From positions 32,001-96,000 of the forward strand of contig JAEOSU010000080.1 of assembly GCA_016840165.1 (NCBI GenBank): a stretch of DNA of 64,000 nt, in the 5' to 3' direction. Position numbers and translations under genes: made by a program. Positions within the stretch are counted from its first letter, which is position 1. Each line of letters opens with the position of its first letter. The DNA comes from Promethearchaeota archaeon (GTDB lineage Archaea > Asgardarchaeota > Lokiarchaeia > Sigyniarchaeales > SOKP01). Below, piece by piece: positions 28,129 to 38,551 of the stretch. The notes under the pieces were generated by a model. That model did not search any database, was not told where the DNA came from, and saw only the letters and a program-made list of their open reading frames with translations.

Positions 28129-29139
28129 TTATAAGTTTTTCAATCTTGGATCTAAAGCATCCCTTAAGCCATCCCCAAGTAACATAAAACCGAGGACCGT
28201 AATAATTATCATAATTCCAGGCCAAACAGATGCCCATGGAGCATTTACTAAATGGCCGCGTCCGATATCGATATCTCGACCCCATTCAATCAAATGTGGA
28301 TCACTATAACCTAGAAAAGCAAGCCCTGCAAAACTTAATATTACTCCTCCAATATCAAATGTAAACGAGATGATTATTGGTTGGATAGTGTTTGGTATTA
28401 GGTGTCTGAACATAATACGCCAATTTCCTGCACCTGAGACTCTTGCCGCTTCTACATAGGGGAGTTCTTTTGCTTGAAGAACACTTGATCTGATTAAACG
28501 CGAATAATAGGGAATTCCTAAAATTCCGTATGCTAAAATGATATATTCCATTTTACGCCCTAAAATTCCTACTAATACTATAGCAAAAATTAATCCGGGA
28601 AATGCAAAGAATATATCCGCTATTCGCATTATCAGGGTGTCAACCCAACCCCCAAAATAAGCTGCAATAACTCCAAACATAACACCTACGACCACACTCA
28701 ATGTAATTGAGGGTAATGCAATGGTTAATGAGGATCTAGCACCCCATATTATACGTGCTAAAATGTCTCGTCCGAAATTAGTTTGACCTAAAGGATGCGC
28801 CGGAGAAGGTGGGTCCCAGGATCCTGTGATTTTAGCATCCGCTTCAGCGAATGTGTATGGTGATATCCAAGGTGCAAATACAGCAAGGGTAGCAATAAAG
28901 AGAATAATTACTATCCCAATTATCGTGAGAGTGGATTTTAATCTCCTAATAAATTTTCGTTTACTTATTGTTCTTTCATATAAATCTTGACGGAGAGTTA
29001 ATTCCTCAATTCGATAACCCGGCATAAATAAAAATTTTAGGTTGTTTTTAACCCAAAAAAGAACTTTCTTTACTGCACTTGGTTCTTCTTCCTGGAACAG
29101 TTCTTTCTCAAGGATTTGTTCTTGTGTCATTATTTTCAC
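28129..29139 (-). CDS. dppC: Oligo/dipeptide ABC permease (DppC/OppC)
   Basis: HPLGQTNFGRD, EAA motif YVEAARVSGA and GDGLRDALDPR. Confidence 0.95.
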   Translation of the reverse strand: MKIMTQEQILEKELFQEEEPSAVKKVLFWVKNNLKFLFMPGYRIEELTLRQDLYERTISKRKFIRRLKSTLTIIGIVIILFIATLAVFAPWISPYTFAEADAKITGSWDPPSPAHPLGQTNFGRDILARIIWGARSSLTIALPSITLSVVVGVMFGVIAAYFGGWVDTLIMRIADIFFAFPGLIFAIVLVGILGRKMEYIILAYGILGIPYYSRLIRSSVLQAKELPYVEAARVSGAGNWRIMFRHLIPNTIQPIIISFTFDIGGVILSFAGLAFLGYSDPHLIEWGRDIDIGRGHLVNAPWASVWPGIMIIITVLGFMLLGDGLRDALDPRLKNL

Positions 29140-29181
29140 ATTTTATTTGATATTTTTCTTATTTTTCACATTATAAATAAA

Positions 29182-30198
29182 TTAATATTTAATACGAGGA
29201 TCTAAATAGGCATAAATTAAATCCGCAAATAAATTAACTACAATAAATATTACGGTTATCATAAATACAAATGCATTGATTACATAATAATCTCGATCTA
29301 CAATAGCACGCAATAAAAGCTCTCCCATTCCATGTAAATTAAAGGTCGTCTCTGTTAAAATTGCACCTCCAAGAAGGCCTCCGACATTTAATCCAATAAT
29401 TGTTACGGTAGGGATAAGAGCATTCCTTCGTGCATGCTTATTGATAACTACTTTTTCTTTACAACCTTTTGCCCTTGCGGTACGTATATAATCTTGTTGC
29501 AAAACTTCTAACATACTCGAACGTGTTTGTCTTGTTATAGATGCGAGAGTAATAAACGATAAGCAGAATACTGGAAGCGCTAGATGATATAAATAATCTG
29601 TTATCATGTACCATTGACCTGAAAATAAAGCATCTATTATCCTAAAACCGGTTATAAAGTTTGGTTCAGGATAATTTAAGGTTTTATATCCGATAGCCGG
29701 GAATAAGCCTGCTCTATAGGCTAAAGTTAATTGTAAAATAAGACCAAGCCAGAAGACAGGTATAGACACGCCAACCAACGCAAAACCCCTTAGGATGGTG
29801 TCTCTTGATTTATTACGATGGGTTGCAGATATTACACCAGTTTTAATACCTATGAATGAAGCGATAATCATCGAAAAAATCGTTATATCTAGAGTTCGTG
29901 GAAATCGCTGCCAGATTAAATCCCATACTTCTTGTCCCTTATTTATGGAGACAGAAACACCCCAGTTGCCCGTAAATAGATTCCCTAAATATATAAAGAA
30001 TTGTTGCCAGAGTGGAAGGTCAAATCCAAGACGATGCATCTCAGCTAAATATTGCTCTTCTGTAAAAACTTGCGGAAGATGCGCGGTAACTGGATCGCCC
30101 GGCATCATTCGTGATAATATAAATGTTATTAATAAAACCCCAAATAACACAGGAATCATAACAATTAATCTTCTAATTACGTATTTTATCATACTCAT
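29182..30198 (-). CDS. dppB: Oligo/dipeptide ABC permease (DppB/OppB)
   Basis: PGDPV, DYIRTARAKG and DLIYAYLDPRI motifs. Confidence 0.95.
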   Translation of the reverse strand: MSMIKYVIRRLIVMIPVLFGVLLITFILSRMMPGDPVTAHLPQVFTEEQYLAEMHRLGFDLPLWQQFFIYLGNLFTGNWGVSVSINKGQEVWDLIWQRFPRTLDITIFSMIIASFIGIKTGVISATHRNKSRDTILRGFALVGVSIPVFWLGLILQLTLAYRAGLFPAIGYKTLNYPEPNFITGFRIIDALFSGQWYMITDYLYHLALPVFCLSFITLASITRQTRSSMLEVLQQDYIRTARAKGCKEKVVINKHARRNALIPTVTIIGLNVGGLLGGAILTETTFNLHGMGELLLRAIVDRDYYVINAFVFMITVIFIVVNLFADLIYAYLDPRIKY

Positions 30199-30253
30199 TT
30201 TTTATCACATCTCTTAAATATCATCCTAACATTCTTATTTATTTTGAAATTTA

Positions 30254-30718
30254 TTAAATAGGCTCAACAATCTTTATTTTTTTCTTATATTCCTTATATT
30301 TTTCTTTGAGCATAGAGGCAAATAGTGCAGTACCGAAGTTAATACCTAAAAGCACGAGAATTGTCAAATATCCCTCTAAACTCGCAAAGAACAAGGGTAT
30401 TATTATGAGATTAAATCCATTAATAAACCATGACCACATCCAAGACATCCCAATAATTATGGGAACTAGCATTATACTATTTCTTATGCCATATTCAAAA
30501 AATGCTTCTCTGAATACCACGAAAAAAACGATAGCAATAAGAATTATAATTGAAAAGTATGAGTTGGGATTAAAAAACACTTTATTTAAAAAAATTATAT
30601 CCAAGCCAATCGTTTTTTCAAAAACGTTAGCAATGTAACCGAAAAAAACAAAATGTACGAGAAGAATTGCAACGATAAAATTACCTTGACGAGCTATTTC
30701 TATTTTTATATTTTTCAT
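30254..30718 (-). CDS. Hypothetical membrane protein (about 4 TMs) within the ABC locus
   Basis: Hydrophobic ORF, co-oriented and tightly spaced between neighbours. Confidence 0.75.
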   Translation of the reverse strand: MKNIKIEIARQGNFIVAILLVHFVFFGYIANVFEKTIGLDIIFLNKVFFNPNSYFSIIILIAIVFFVVFREAFFEYGIRNSIMLVPIIIGMSWMWSWFINGFNLIIIPLFFASLEGYLTILVLLGINFGTALFASMLKEKYKEYKKKIKIVEPI

Positions 30719-30723
30719 AATAA

Positions 30724-31599
30724 TTACTTTATATTAATATCGTTTAAATTAATCGTGTTGGGAGCCAATTTCTTTACTTTAAATTTATCAATGATTGGTT
30801 CTTTATTAATTATTCGATTCTTTATCCAGAGACTCATAGGCAATATCCTTTCTGGATGTTCTATGAGAATTTGTTTATTATAAGAAAAGCATTCAAATAG
30901 ATCATCATAGATAAGGTAGGGTACAAAATACTTTTTCAGATGTTTATTTATAGAGAAATCAAATGTTTTAACTTTTATGATTTCTGGGTGGTATGTATTC
31001 TTTTTCTCTTTGTATAACTTGACATTTTCTTCAGAGTTATCTTTTTTAATAAAAAAAATGTTATCCTCGATTATATCTTGAGAATGCTTAATCATTTTCG
31101 TACAATATTCTAAAATCAGATTCAAATAATCATCATCTTCAATTTGAATACCTTTAGAGAGTATTTTGTTTGCAACTTTTAAAAATTCTGAAAGAATATA
31201 TGAAAAAGTTTCTTTTAAACTATAGATTTCTGCATTTAGAGATGTTGATTTTTCAAACCATTTGATTATTGTTGTTTCTTTAAGAGTGCGATTAGTCATT
31301 TCTTTATACTTACTTTTAGAATAAGAGATTAAATTATGTAATCCTATTGAAACGAATCTTTTCAAATCAATATTGAATTTATTATTCTCGGTATTAGCAT
31401 TCTCAATACTTATATCAGGTAAAATAAAGAAATTTGATTGTCCATTTGATAATTTATCTATCCTCATTGGAATTGGCATAATTGGTATTTTAAAATAATC
31501 ATTTGGTATTAAATCAAAAAAGAATCCAATAGGAGCCAAATCAGATTTGAATGTTTTTAATTTTATCTTATTAGGAAGAACGGAGGATCTTGAACTCAT
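30724..31599 (-). CDS. Hypothetical soluble protein
   Basis: 291-aa ORF ending 5 bp before the next gene; no recognised motif. Confidence 0.75.
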   Translation of the reverse strand: MSSRSSVLPNKIKLKTFKSDLAPIGFFFDLIPNDYFKIPIMPIPMRIDKLSNGQSNFFILPDISIENANTENNKFNIDLKRFVSIGLHNLISYSKSKYKEMTNRTLKETTIIKWFEKSTSLNAEIYSLKETFSYILSEFLKVANKILSKGIQIEDDDYLNLILEYCTKMIKHSQDIIEDNIFFIKKDNSEENVKLYKEKKNTYHPEIIKVKTFDFSINKHLKKYFVPYLIYDDLFECFSYNKQILIEHPERILPMSLWIKNRIINKEPIIDKFKVKKLAPNTINLNDINIK

Positions 31600-31810
31600 T
31601 AATAATTAATCCTTTTAATAAACCAATTTTATTTCTATAAATTATTCGTAAATTATTAAATATTATGATTTGGCCTATGAGATTTTTTAAAGATCTAAAT
31701 ATTTTACTTTTATATTACAAAAACTGAAGTATAGAAACGCTATATATTATCTTGAAGTATTATAAAAAAAATCAAAAAAAAAAAAATTAAATTAAATTTA
31801 TTGTGCTATT

Positions 31811-33550
31811 TTAAGCACTAAAATAGCACGGATAGAAGTAGTTGTAGCCCATTCCATTGCTTGGATAACCTTCTAACGTGAAGAACCAAGCGTCATGGTT
31901 TCTACCGACATAACCGAATGCCCAGGGCTGTAGGTCTTCCACAACATATTGTTGTAGATTCTTGTAGATCAGTTCTCGTGCTGTTTGGTCGGTTTCTTCA
32001 AGTCCAGCTAACATATAAGCTTCTAAGGTTGGATCATTAATCTGAGCCGAATTTGAAGACGAATAATTAGCCATTAATGAATTGACATAGTTGCTTGGAT
32101 CATTATAGTCTGGCATCCATCCAATAAACCATATTTGTAATGCATTCCATCCTCTTAATCCAGGATAGCCTTCGGCAGTTAAATCTCTGTTATACAGACG
32201 GTCAAGATATGGATCCCATTCTTGGCCAGCATCTTCCACATTAATTCCGATATAACTGAAATCATTTTCAAGTAATACTAACATATCTTCTCGGAATTTA
32301 TTTCCTAGATTATATGTGAAGTTTACCGTCAAGAAGGGGGTACCTGATTCGGCAACAGCAATCCATTCTGCATCTGTGGTAAAGCCTACTCCAAAGCCCA
32401 TTTGGGTCATAAAACTTCTTGCCTTAGTAAGGTTTAAGACTGGTACATCAAATGACCAATCGGCATATTGAATTCCTAATGGGATTGGTGACTTTAACCT
32501 TACTGCTTCGCCTTCCAAGAGCTCCTCGATCATATAATCATAATCAATTGCCCAGGACATCGCGCTTCTCCATGTTTTATTTATCATTAGATTATTGAAA
32601 CCTAAATATTGGGTTATAGTACCAGGTCCAGCCTCGTACAGATCAATATTAGGTTCGGCTCTCATAGTATCATAGTAAGAGGGATGAGGTGAGTCTAGAA
32701 TATTAACATCTCCGGCTAAAAGTGCATTATTTCGTGCATCCGAATCTTGAATAACGGAGAAGAATAACTCTTCTACTGCACCAGCGCCTCTCCAATAATC
32801 GTCATTTCGTACAAATTTGGCTTCTACTCCCGCAATATAATATTGGAATTTCCAAGGTCCGGTTCCTGAAACTGTCTCGGCAGTAGCTCCAGACATACCT
32901 TCACTGATGTAATCATCAGCTGGGGTAATACTTGGATCTAACATCATCGACGCAGTAAAGGTCATAAGAGGTAAGAACACACCATATGGTTTGTTCAATA
33001 CGAATTTGACGGTATACTCATCAATAATTTCTGTATGGTTTAAAACAGAAGTTCCATCAGGCCACTGATAGAGACATGTTATAATAGACTCACCATAGAC
33101 GGTGGATCCAAGACCAGATCCAGGTTGAGCACCGGTTAAGTTCGTCAGATAGAGTAACCTATCCATCGAGAATTTAACTGATGTGGCGTTAAAATGATAA
33201 CCAGTGTGAAAATCTACGTCTTGTTGAAGGGTTACCGTAAGGTTGGCACCACTCCAAGTACCAAAATCCATTGCTAGTCTTGGAATCATCGGTACATCTG
33301 GATGGCTTAAGTTATAGGCCCATAAGCCTTCCCAGACTTGATAGGCGTAATCGAATGAAGCACTATCCCACATATACTGTGGATCTGAATCAGCAGGACC
33401 GTACATTGTTCCAAATATGATATTGGAAGGAAATTCTGGTGGTAGTATTTGGAGACCTAATTGTACTCCAAAAATTATGTTTCCGACACCAGATGCAACT
33501 AAAGCAATAGCAAGGACTATAATTGCTACGTTCTTTTTTTCCATTTCCAT
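31811..33550 (-). CDS. dppA: Oligopeptide ABC transporter substrate-binding protein (family 5), N-terminal membrane anchor
   Basis: DPQ..WD, EGL, PRLA, GTGPWKF, RNDDYW and GWMPDYNDP motifs. Confidence 0.93.
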   Translation of the reverse strand: MEMEKKNVAIIVLAIALVASGVGNIIFGVQLGLQILPPEFPSNIIFGTMYGPADSDPQYMWDSASFDYAYQVWEGLWAYNLSHPDVPMIPRLAMDFGTWSGANLTVTLQQDVDFHTGYHFNATSVKFSMDRLLYLTNLTGAQPGSGLGSTVYGESIITCLYQWPDGTSVLNHTEIIDEYTVKFVLNKPYGVFLPLMTFTASMMLDPSITPADDYISEGMSGATAETVSGTGPWKFQYYIAGVEAKFVRNDDYWRGAGAVEELFFSVIQDSDARNNALLAGDVNILDSPHPSYYDTMRAEPNIDLYEAGPGTITQYLGFNNLMINKTWRSAMSWAIDYDYMIEELLEGEAVRLKSPIPLGIQYADWSFDVPVLNLTKARSFMTQMGFGVGFTTDAEWIAVAESGTPFLTVNFTYNLGNKFREDMLVLLENDFSYIGINVEDAGQEWDPYLDRLYNRDLTAEGYPGLRGWNALQIWFIGWMPDYNDPSNYVNSLMANYSSSNSAQINDPTLEAYMLAGLEETDQTARELIYKNLQQYVVEDLQPWAFGYVGRNHDAWFFTLEGYPSNGMGYNYFYPCYFSA

Positions 33551-33767
33551 ATTTTTATCACTTAATATTTGTTATAAATCGATTTATTTTTGCTTAAATT
33601 TTGCGTTAATTATTTTGTTAATTCAAAGGTTTATAAGTTTTACTTTTTTTAAAAGCAATGTTGTTTATATTATAAAATAAACAGATAAAGCACAGATAAG
33701 TTTATAAATTTACTTTGATTCTCCAGCCCAGAAAGATTCTATTGAAAAATTAGGAAATAGATTAAAT

Positions 33768-34961
33768 TTGACTATTATTATAAATAAAGAATTATTACTT
33801 GATTCGCCAATAATTAATCATATTCATGCTTTAGCTTTTGATCGATCAGCGGGAAGTACTGGAGAGACTAAAGCTATTAATTATATTCAAAAGGATTTAT
33901 TAGGTGAAAACATCAATTCTAAGGTTGAATATTTTTCCTGGAGTACCCCTATAAGGATATTAATGAGAACGGTATACTTGATGGCATTAGCATATTTACT
34001 TGTATTTAGATTATTCTTAATTATAGTGGCTTTTTATTTTGGAAAATATTTATTTCAAAAAACAAGGAGATATTCGTTCACACATCGTGAACAATCCAAA
34101 AATGTATTAGTGAAAATTCCAGCGACAAATAAAGAGTCTAAACCATCATTAATAATCTTTTCAGCCCATTATGATTCAATATCTTCACGAATTCCTCGTA
34201 GGATGCAGGTAATTCTCTCACTGATAATTAAATTAATAATCCTTCCATACATGGGCTTATCGATATTTATCTCAGTTTGGTTGGTTTTAAACATTTTTGC
34301 AATAACTGATTTCAATCTTTTATTATTTTATCTTATCACAATATGTTCAATAATCACTTTAAGTGTATTAGTTCCCGGTTTTTTGGTAATATTTTCATCT
34401 AACAAATCGACAGGTTCTATAGACAACGCAAGCGGTGTTTCTATTTTAATGGAATTGGTAAAGAAAGTTAGTGCCAATCCACTCAGAAATTACGATGTGT
34501 TATTCATATGGTTTGGTGCTGAAGAATGGGGATTAAAAGGTTCAAAAAAATTTGTTTCAAAATATAAAAATAAATTTATGAAGAGTTATGATCTTGACCA
34601 TTCAATTCTTATAAATATCGATATGGTCGGATCATATATTGGATTACTTGATAAATATGGAATTATTTCTAAAAATTCAATAAATAAGAATTTAAATCAA
34701 TTGATAGAGAATACAGCAAAAGAATTAAATTTGCCAATTGCAAGGTATGAAAAAAAAATAAAACCAAAAAGTGATTACATACCTTTCAAAAAACTTCAAA
34801 GTAAAACTAGTTTTCAAATAGCTTGTTTTCATTCTGATAAAGATTCTATATATATTCATTCAAAAAGCGATACTCCAGATAGATGTTCAAATGAAATTTT
34901 AAATAATTGTTTAAAGATATGCTATAGAACCATTGAGCATCTTGATGCTAGGAGATCGTGA
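33768..34961 (+). CDS. M28-family metallopeptidase with inserted TM helices
   Basis: SAHYDS, GSIDNASG, GAEEWGLKGS, NIDMVG, SDY and IHSKSDT motifs. Confidence 0.85.
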   Translation: MTIIINKELLLDSPIINHIHALAFDRSAGSTGETKAINYIQKDLLGENINSKVEYFSWSTPIRILMRTVYLMALAYLLVFRLFLIIVAFYFGKYLFQKTRRYSFTHREQSKNVLVKIPATNKESKPSLIIFSAHYDSISSRIPRRMQVILSLIIKLIILPYMGLSIFISVWLVLNIFAITDFNLLLFYLITICSIITLSVLVPGFLVIFSSNKSTGSIDNASGVSILMELVKKVSANPLRNYDVLFIWFGAEEWGLKGSKKFVSKYKNKFMKSYDLDHSILINIDMVGSYIGLLDKYGIISKNSINKNLNQLIENTAKELNLPIARYEKKIKPKSDYIPFKKLQSKTSFQIACFHSDKDSIYIHSKSDTPDRCSNEILNNCLKICYRTIEHLDARRS

Positions 34962-35004
34962 TTTTTTAGAAGATATATATTATTTTTCCTCATTTAAATG
35001 AAGA

Positions 35005-35925
35005 TTAAATAATAAAAAGATCAAAATAAAACGACCAAAAGAGTATTATAATTAGGCATGCTCCTGCGATTATTATTCCTTTATCAAAAAAGGCTTTTTC
35101 CGTTCTTCGCGCAATCTCGGGTTTTGATGAGGTTAGATACATATATCGCATGATTATATATAATGAGATTGGAATCGTAAATATCGCAATATATTCATAT
35201 AAATTTACCGTTTCTGGTTCGAGTAGTTTAAATTTTAGGATTAAATACAAGGCATAGGTCATAAATAGAGAGGTTGCGATAATAGTGTGAAATTGATCGA
35301 GAAGTTTAAGAGAATATTGACCATAGATTCTCTTATGTTCGACAGCCTTGTCTTTTCCGAGGTAGATTAGATCTCCTCTTCTTTTAGCGATACTTAAAAA
35401 CATGGCAATCTCGAATATAGCTAAAAATAACCAGGCTGACACATATTCATTGATTAAAGCACAACCTGCTAAAGCTCTCCATAGATATCCACTTGATAGG
35501 ACAAGAATGTCAATAAACGCATAGAATTTAAATACTAGATTATAAACTTGACCGGTTATGATAATCGCAATAAGCATGAAGGCATACATTAAATTTGGAA
35601 CAAAAAGAACTAATCCTAAAATCATAATCAGAGCCAATAGGATCAATATTAAAATAGCTGTGAATTTAGAAACATCTCCAGAGGCAAGTGGTTTTTTTCT
35701 AATTTTTTCTGAATGAATCTTGTCATTTTCGATATCTCGCAGATCATTAACAATATAATTGAATGAAGATGAACAGCATAGCAAGATAAAACCAATTAAG
35801 AGAGAAAAATACAGAGTAAAGTCAAATAATCTTTCACTAAAAAAAATACCTACAAAAATTAACCCATTTTTGTAATATTGCCTAATTCTTAATAGATGCA
35901 AAATATTTCTTAACTTGCTTGCCAT
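35005..35925 (-). CDS. UbiA-family prenyltransferase, decaprenyl-phosphate phosphoribosyltransferase-like
   Basis: LRIRQYYKN, YIVNDLRDIENDKIH, PLASG and KRRGDL motifs. Confidence 0.8.
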   Translation of the reverse strand: MASKLRNILHLLRIRQYYKNGLIFVGIFFSERLFDFTLYFSLLIGFILLCCSSSFNYIVNDLRDIENDKIHSEKIRKKPLASGDVSKFTAILILILLALIMILGLVLFVPNLMYAFMLIAIIITGQVYNLVFKFYAFIDILVLSSGYLWRALAGCALINEYVSAWLFLAIFEIAMFLSIAKRRGDLIYLGKDKAVEHKRIYGQYSLKLLDQFHTIIATSLFMTYALYLILKFKLLEPETVNLYEYIAIFTIPISLYIIMRYMYLTSSKPEIARRTEKAFFDKGIIIAGACLIIILFWSFYFDLFII

Positions 35926-35952
35926 AATAACTTGTTTAAAAGGACATCGAAA

Positions 35953-38484
35953 TTAAACTTTATTAAGGTACATAATCTTCTGGGGCTTTATTCTTTTTTG
36001 AATTATATATCCAATTTTACTGAATAGGCTTGTCTCACGCTTCTTCTGAATTAAGGCAGTTTTGTAATCAAAAGCGATTGCCTCAATAGACTTATACGGG
36101 ATCTCTATAAATTGACCAAAAATATTTTTAACCTTTAAAAAAGCATTATTGTGGTTTTTTACCATTTTAGACGCCTCAGTTTTCAAGGAACTTATGTAAC
36201 CGATTTCAAAGTTGTTTACCGGTTTTTTAAGAAATATTTGAACCCTACATTGTTTTTTAATCAACCAATTTATCATATTAATTTCTGAATCCCTAAAGAT
36301 TCTATCTTTTCCAATGACTATAGAGATGTTCCTTGGCCTAATTATAATATCACTAAGCTTTAAAGATAATGGAGGATTTTCCTCATTAAGTTCCTTATTT
36401 TTCAGTTTTATTTCGATATCATCGTAGTTTTCGTTAATAATTATTCCAGAACAGTAAACAATCTTGATTTTTCCTTTTTCTTTAAAAAATAACTCATTAT
36501 CTTTGTAATCATTTAAAATGTGGACTGAATGTGGCAAGTTCGTATCTTTTATTTTCTTTTTGATGATAGAGTTATCTTTTTTGGCAAAAATATATTTTGC
36601 ATGATTATAGCCCTCATTCAATTCTATATCTTTTAATATAAGAGGAGTTTTATTATCAAGAAAGTATAGGCCATTGATAAGGACTCGAGTTGTTTGATAA
36701 AGTGATGCATTTAGTTTCAATTCTCTTTTATTTTTATTATCATAGACACTTAATAAATCGATTTCACATATATTATTATTAAAAGATACATCCTTCAAAG
36801 TTCCGAAAATAATCTCATTAGTGAGTTTATTTCTAAATAGGAAATCCTTGTTTAGATCAAATTCAAATAAATCCTTTCGATTAAGATTATTGATGTACTC
36901 AGATATTTTTTCGATATTAAAAAATTGAGAGAATTTTTGAGTAGCTATTTGATTAAATATATTTCTTTCTGATTCGAATTTGATACCATATTTTCTAATT
37001 TTTGATTTTTTTAGACAGATTAAAGGTAATAAAGCTTCCTTTGAGGAACTTAGATTCTCTCCTAAAATAGCGACCACTCTGTAGTATGTGGGGGGATGAG
37101 AATTCAAAAAATTACTAAGAAGAGAACTACGTGATGGTTTTACTAATGAAGAGTGTATATATTCTGCAGTTTCTATATAGTTTAAGATTTGATGTTCTTT
37201 ATTTATCTTTTCATCACACAATAACATCGTATTTAAGCCAATTTGTCGCCCTGTTGCATAAAAACTCTCTAAATTATAGAGTGCTTTGACTAATTCTTTC
37301 CCATAACCCCTTTTTTTCGCATACTGGTCCGCATTTCCTTCTAAAAATCTTACAAAAATATATATCAAAATATAAATCGCAATATTAACAATAATAAAAC
37401 CGAAAAAGGGAATTTGGGGGTTTCCAAAGGTATAATCATAGAAGGTTGCAGGAAAACCCAACAACATCCTAATTATCAAATCAACACAAGTAATTGTGGT
37501 TAATATTAAGGTATGATTTTTCTTGGAATGAGCAAATTCGTGAGCCACAATTCCTTTAAGCTCATCTTTAGGAATTTGGGATTCATTCTCGGCAATTATA
37601 GCGATTCTTCTATCTAAAAACGATCCATATGCCATAGCATTTAAAATAGGATATTTTCCTATTCCTATTTTTACATTTTTTTTAATTCCCATATGATTTT
37701 TAACTGAATTTATTAAAGAAATTAAATTTTCATCCTTTATTGCCTTAATCCCTAGTAGTTTATCCAAAATTGGTCCTGAAGCAAAATATATTAGCCAATT
37801 CACTATAATCAAAACAAAATAGATGTTAAAAAATAAATCGAGTAGATTAAAATTAGAAAAATCGAGAGGCTTTTGATTGATGAAGTTCAAGGGGGTATAT
37901 TGGTTGATAAATACAACTGCTAGCCATGCTATTATATAAAGTAAGAGAGTCAAATATTCCGGTGACATAAACCTCCAAATAACTATATATCTTCGTCCAA
38001 ATAAGATAAATCCTAAACCTAAAATCACCCAAAAAGAGAATGAGAATGATGTATTAAAGATAAAAGGATTTTGGAGGTAAGAAGATATAATACCAGAAAT
38101 AAAAATTAGATTATAGGTAACTAAAGAGATAATTAATAGTTTATTTAGAACTGGATAATCTTTAAGTTCAAAAATTCCAAACCATAAATATATAGAAAAT
38201 CCTCCAATTAATGAAGTAAATATATCTTTTGTGAAAAAAAAGATTAGAAAGAAAAAGAAAAGGATTGCTACTAAATCACTCATTTCACTTCTTCTTCCCT
38301 GTTTTGACCAACGAAAAATTTCTTCTAGAAAAATAAAATATATAATGAACATTGCGAAAAATGTCCAATCTTGGATAAGAGCTAAAATGTTAGTTAATAA
38401 AAAAAAAATGAATAATGTTGTGAAAAATGAAAAACTTAAAACTAAAAAGATGATGAGTATGATGTATCTACTTATTTTTCTCAA
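35953..38484 (-). CDS. M48 (HtpX/Ste24-like) membrane zinc protease with large N- and C-terminal extensions
   Basis: LNAMAYG, HEFAH, EGNAD and SHPP motifs; multi-TM N-terminus. Confidence 0.85.
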   Translation of the reverse strand: MRKISRYIILIIFLVLSFSFFTTLFIFFLLTNILALIQDWTFFAMFIIYFIFLEEIFRWSKQGRRSEMSDLVAILFFFFLIFFFTKDIFTSLIGGFSIYLWFGIFELKDYPVLNKLLIISLVTYNLIFISGIISSYLQNPFIFNTSFSFSFWVILGLGFILFGRRYIVIWRFMSPEYLTLLLYIIAWLAVVFINQYTPLNFINQKPLDFSNFNLLDLFFNIYFVLIIVNWLIYFASGPILDKLLGIKAIKDENLISLINSVKNHMGIKKNVKIGIGKYPILNAMAYGSFLDRRIAIIAENESQIPKDELKGIVAHEFAHSKKNHTLILTTITCVDLIIRMLLGFPATFYDYTFGNPQIPFFGFIIVNIAIYILIYIFVRFLEGNADQYAKKRGYGKELVKALYNLESFYATGRQIGLNTMLLCDEKINKEHQILNYIETAEYIHSSLVKPSRSSLLSNFLNSHPPTYYRVVAILGENLSSSKEALLPLICLKKSKIRKYGIKFESERNIFNQIATQKFSQFFNIEKISEYINNLNRKDLFEFDLNKDFLFRNKLTNEIIFGTLKDVSFNNNICEIDLLSVYDNKNKRELKLNASLYQTTRVLINGLYFLDNKTPLILKDIELNEGYNHAKYIFAKKDNSIIKKKIKDTNLPHSVHILNDYKDNELFFKEKGKIKIVYCSGIIINENYDDIEIKLKNKELNEENPPLSLKLSDIIIRPRNISIVIGKDRIFRDSEINMINWLIKKQCRVQIFLKKPVNNFEIGYISSLKTEASKMVKNHNNAFLKVKNIFGQFIEIPYKSIEAIAFDYKTALIQKKRETSLFSKIGYIIQKRIKPQKIMYLNKV

Positions 38485-38551
38485 ATAAAAGACCAGATAA
38501 ATTTAAAATATATTCAAATCAATTTATTAAAGTATCGAGAAAATTTTAATT

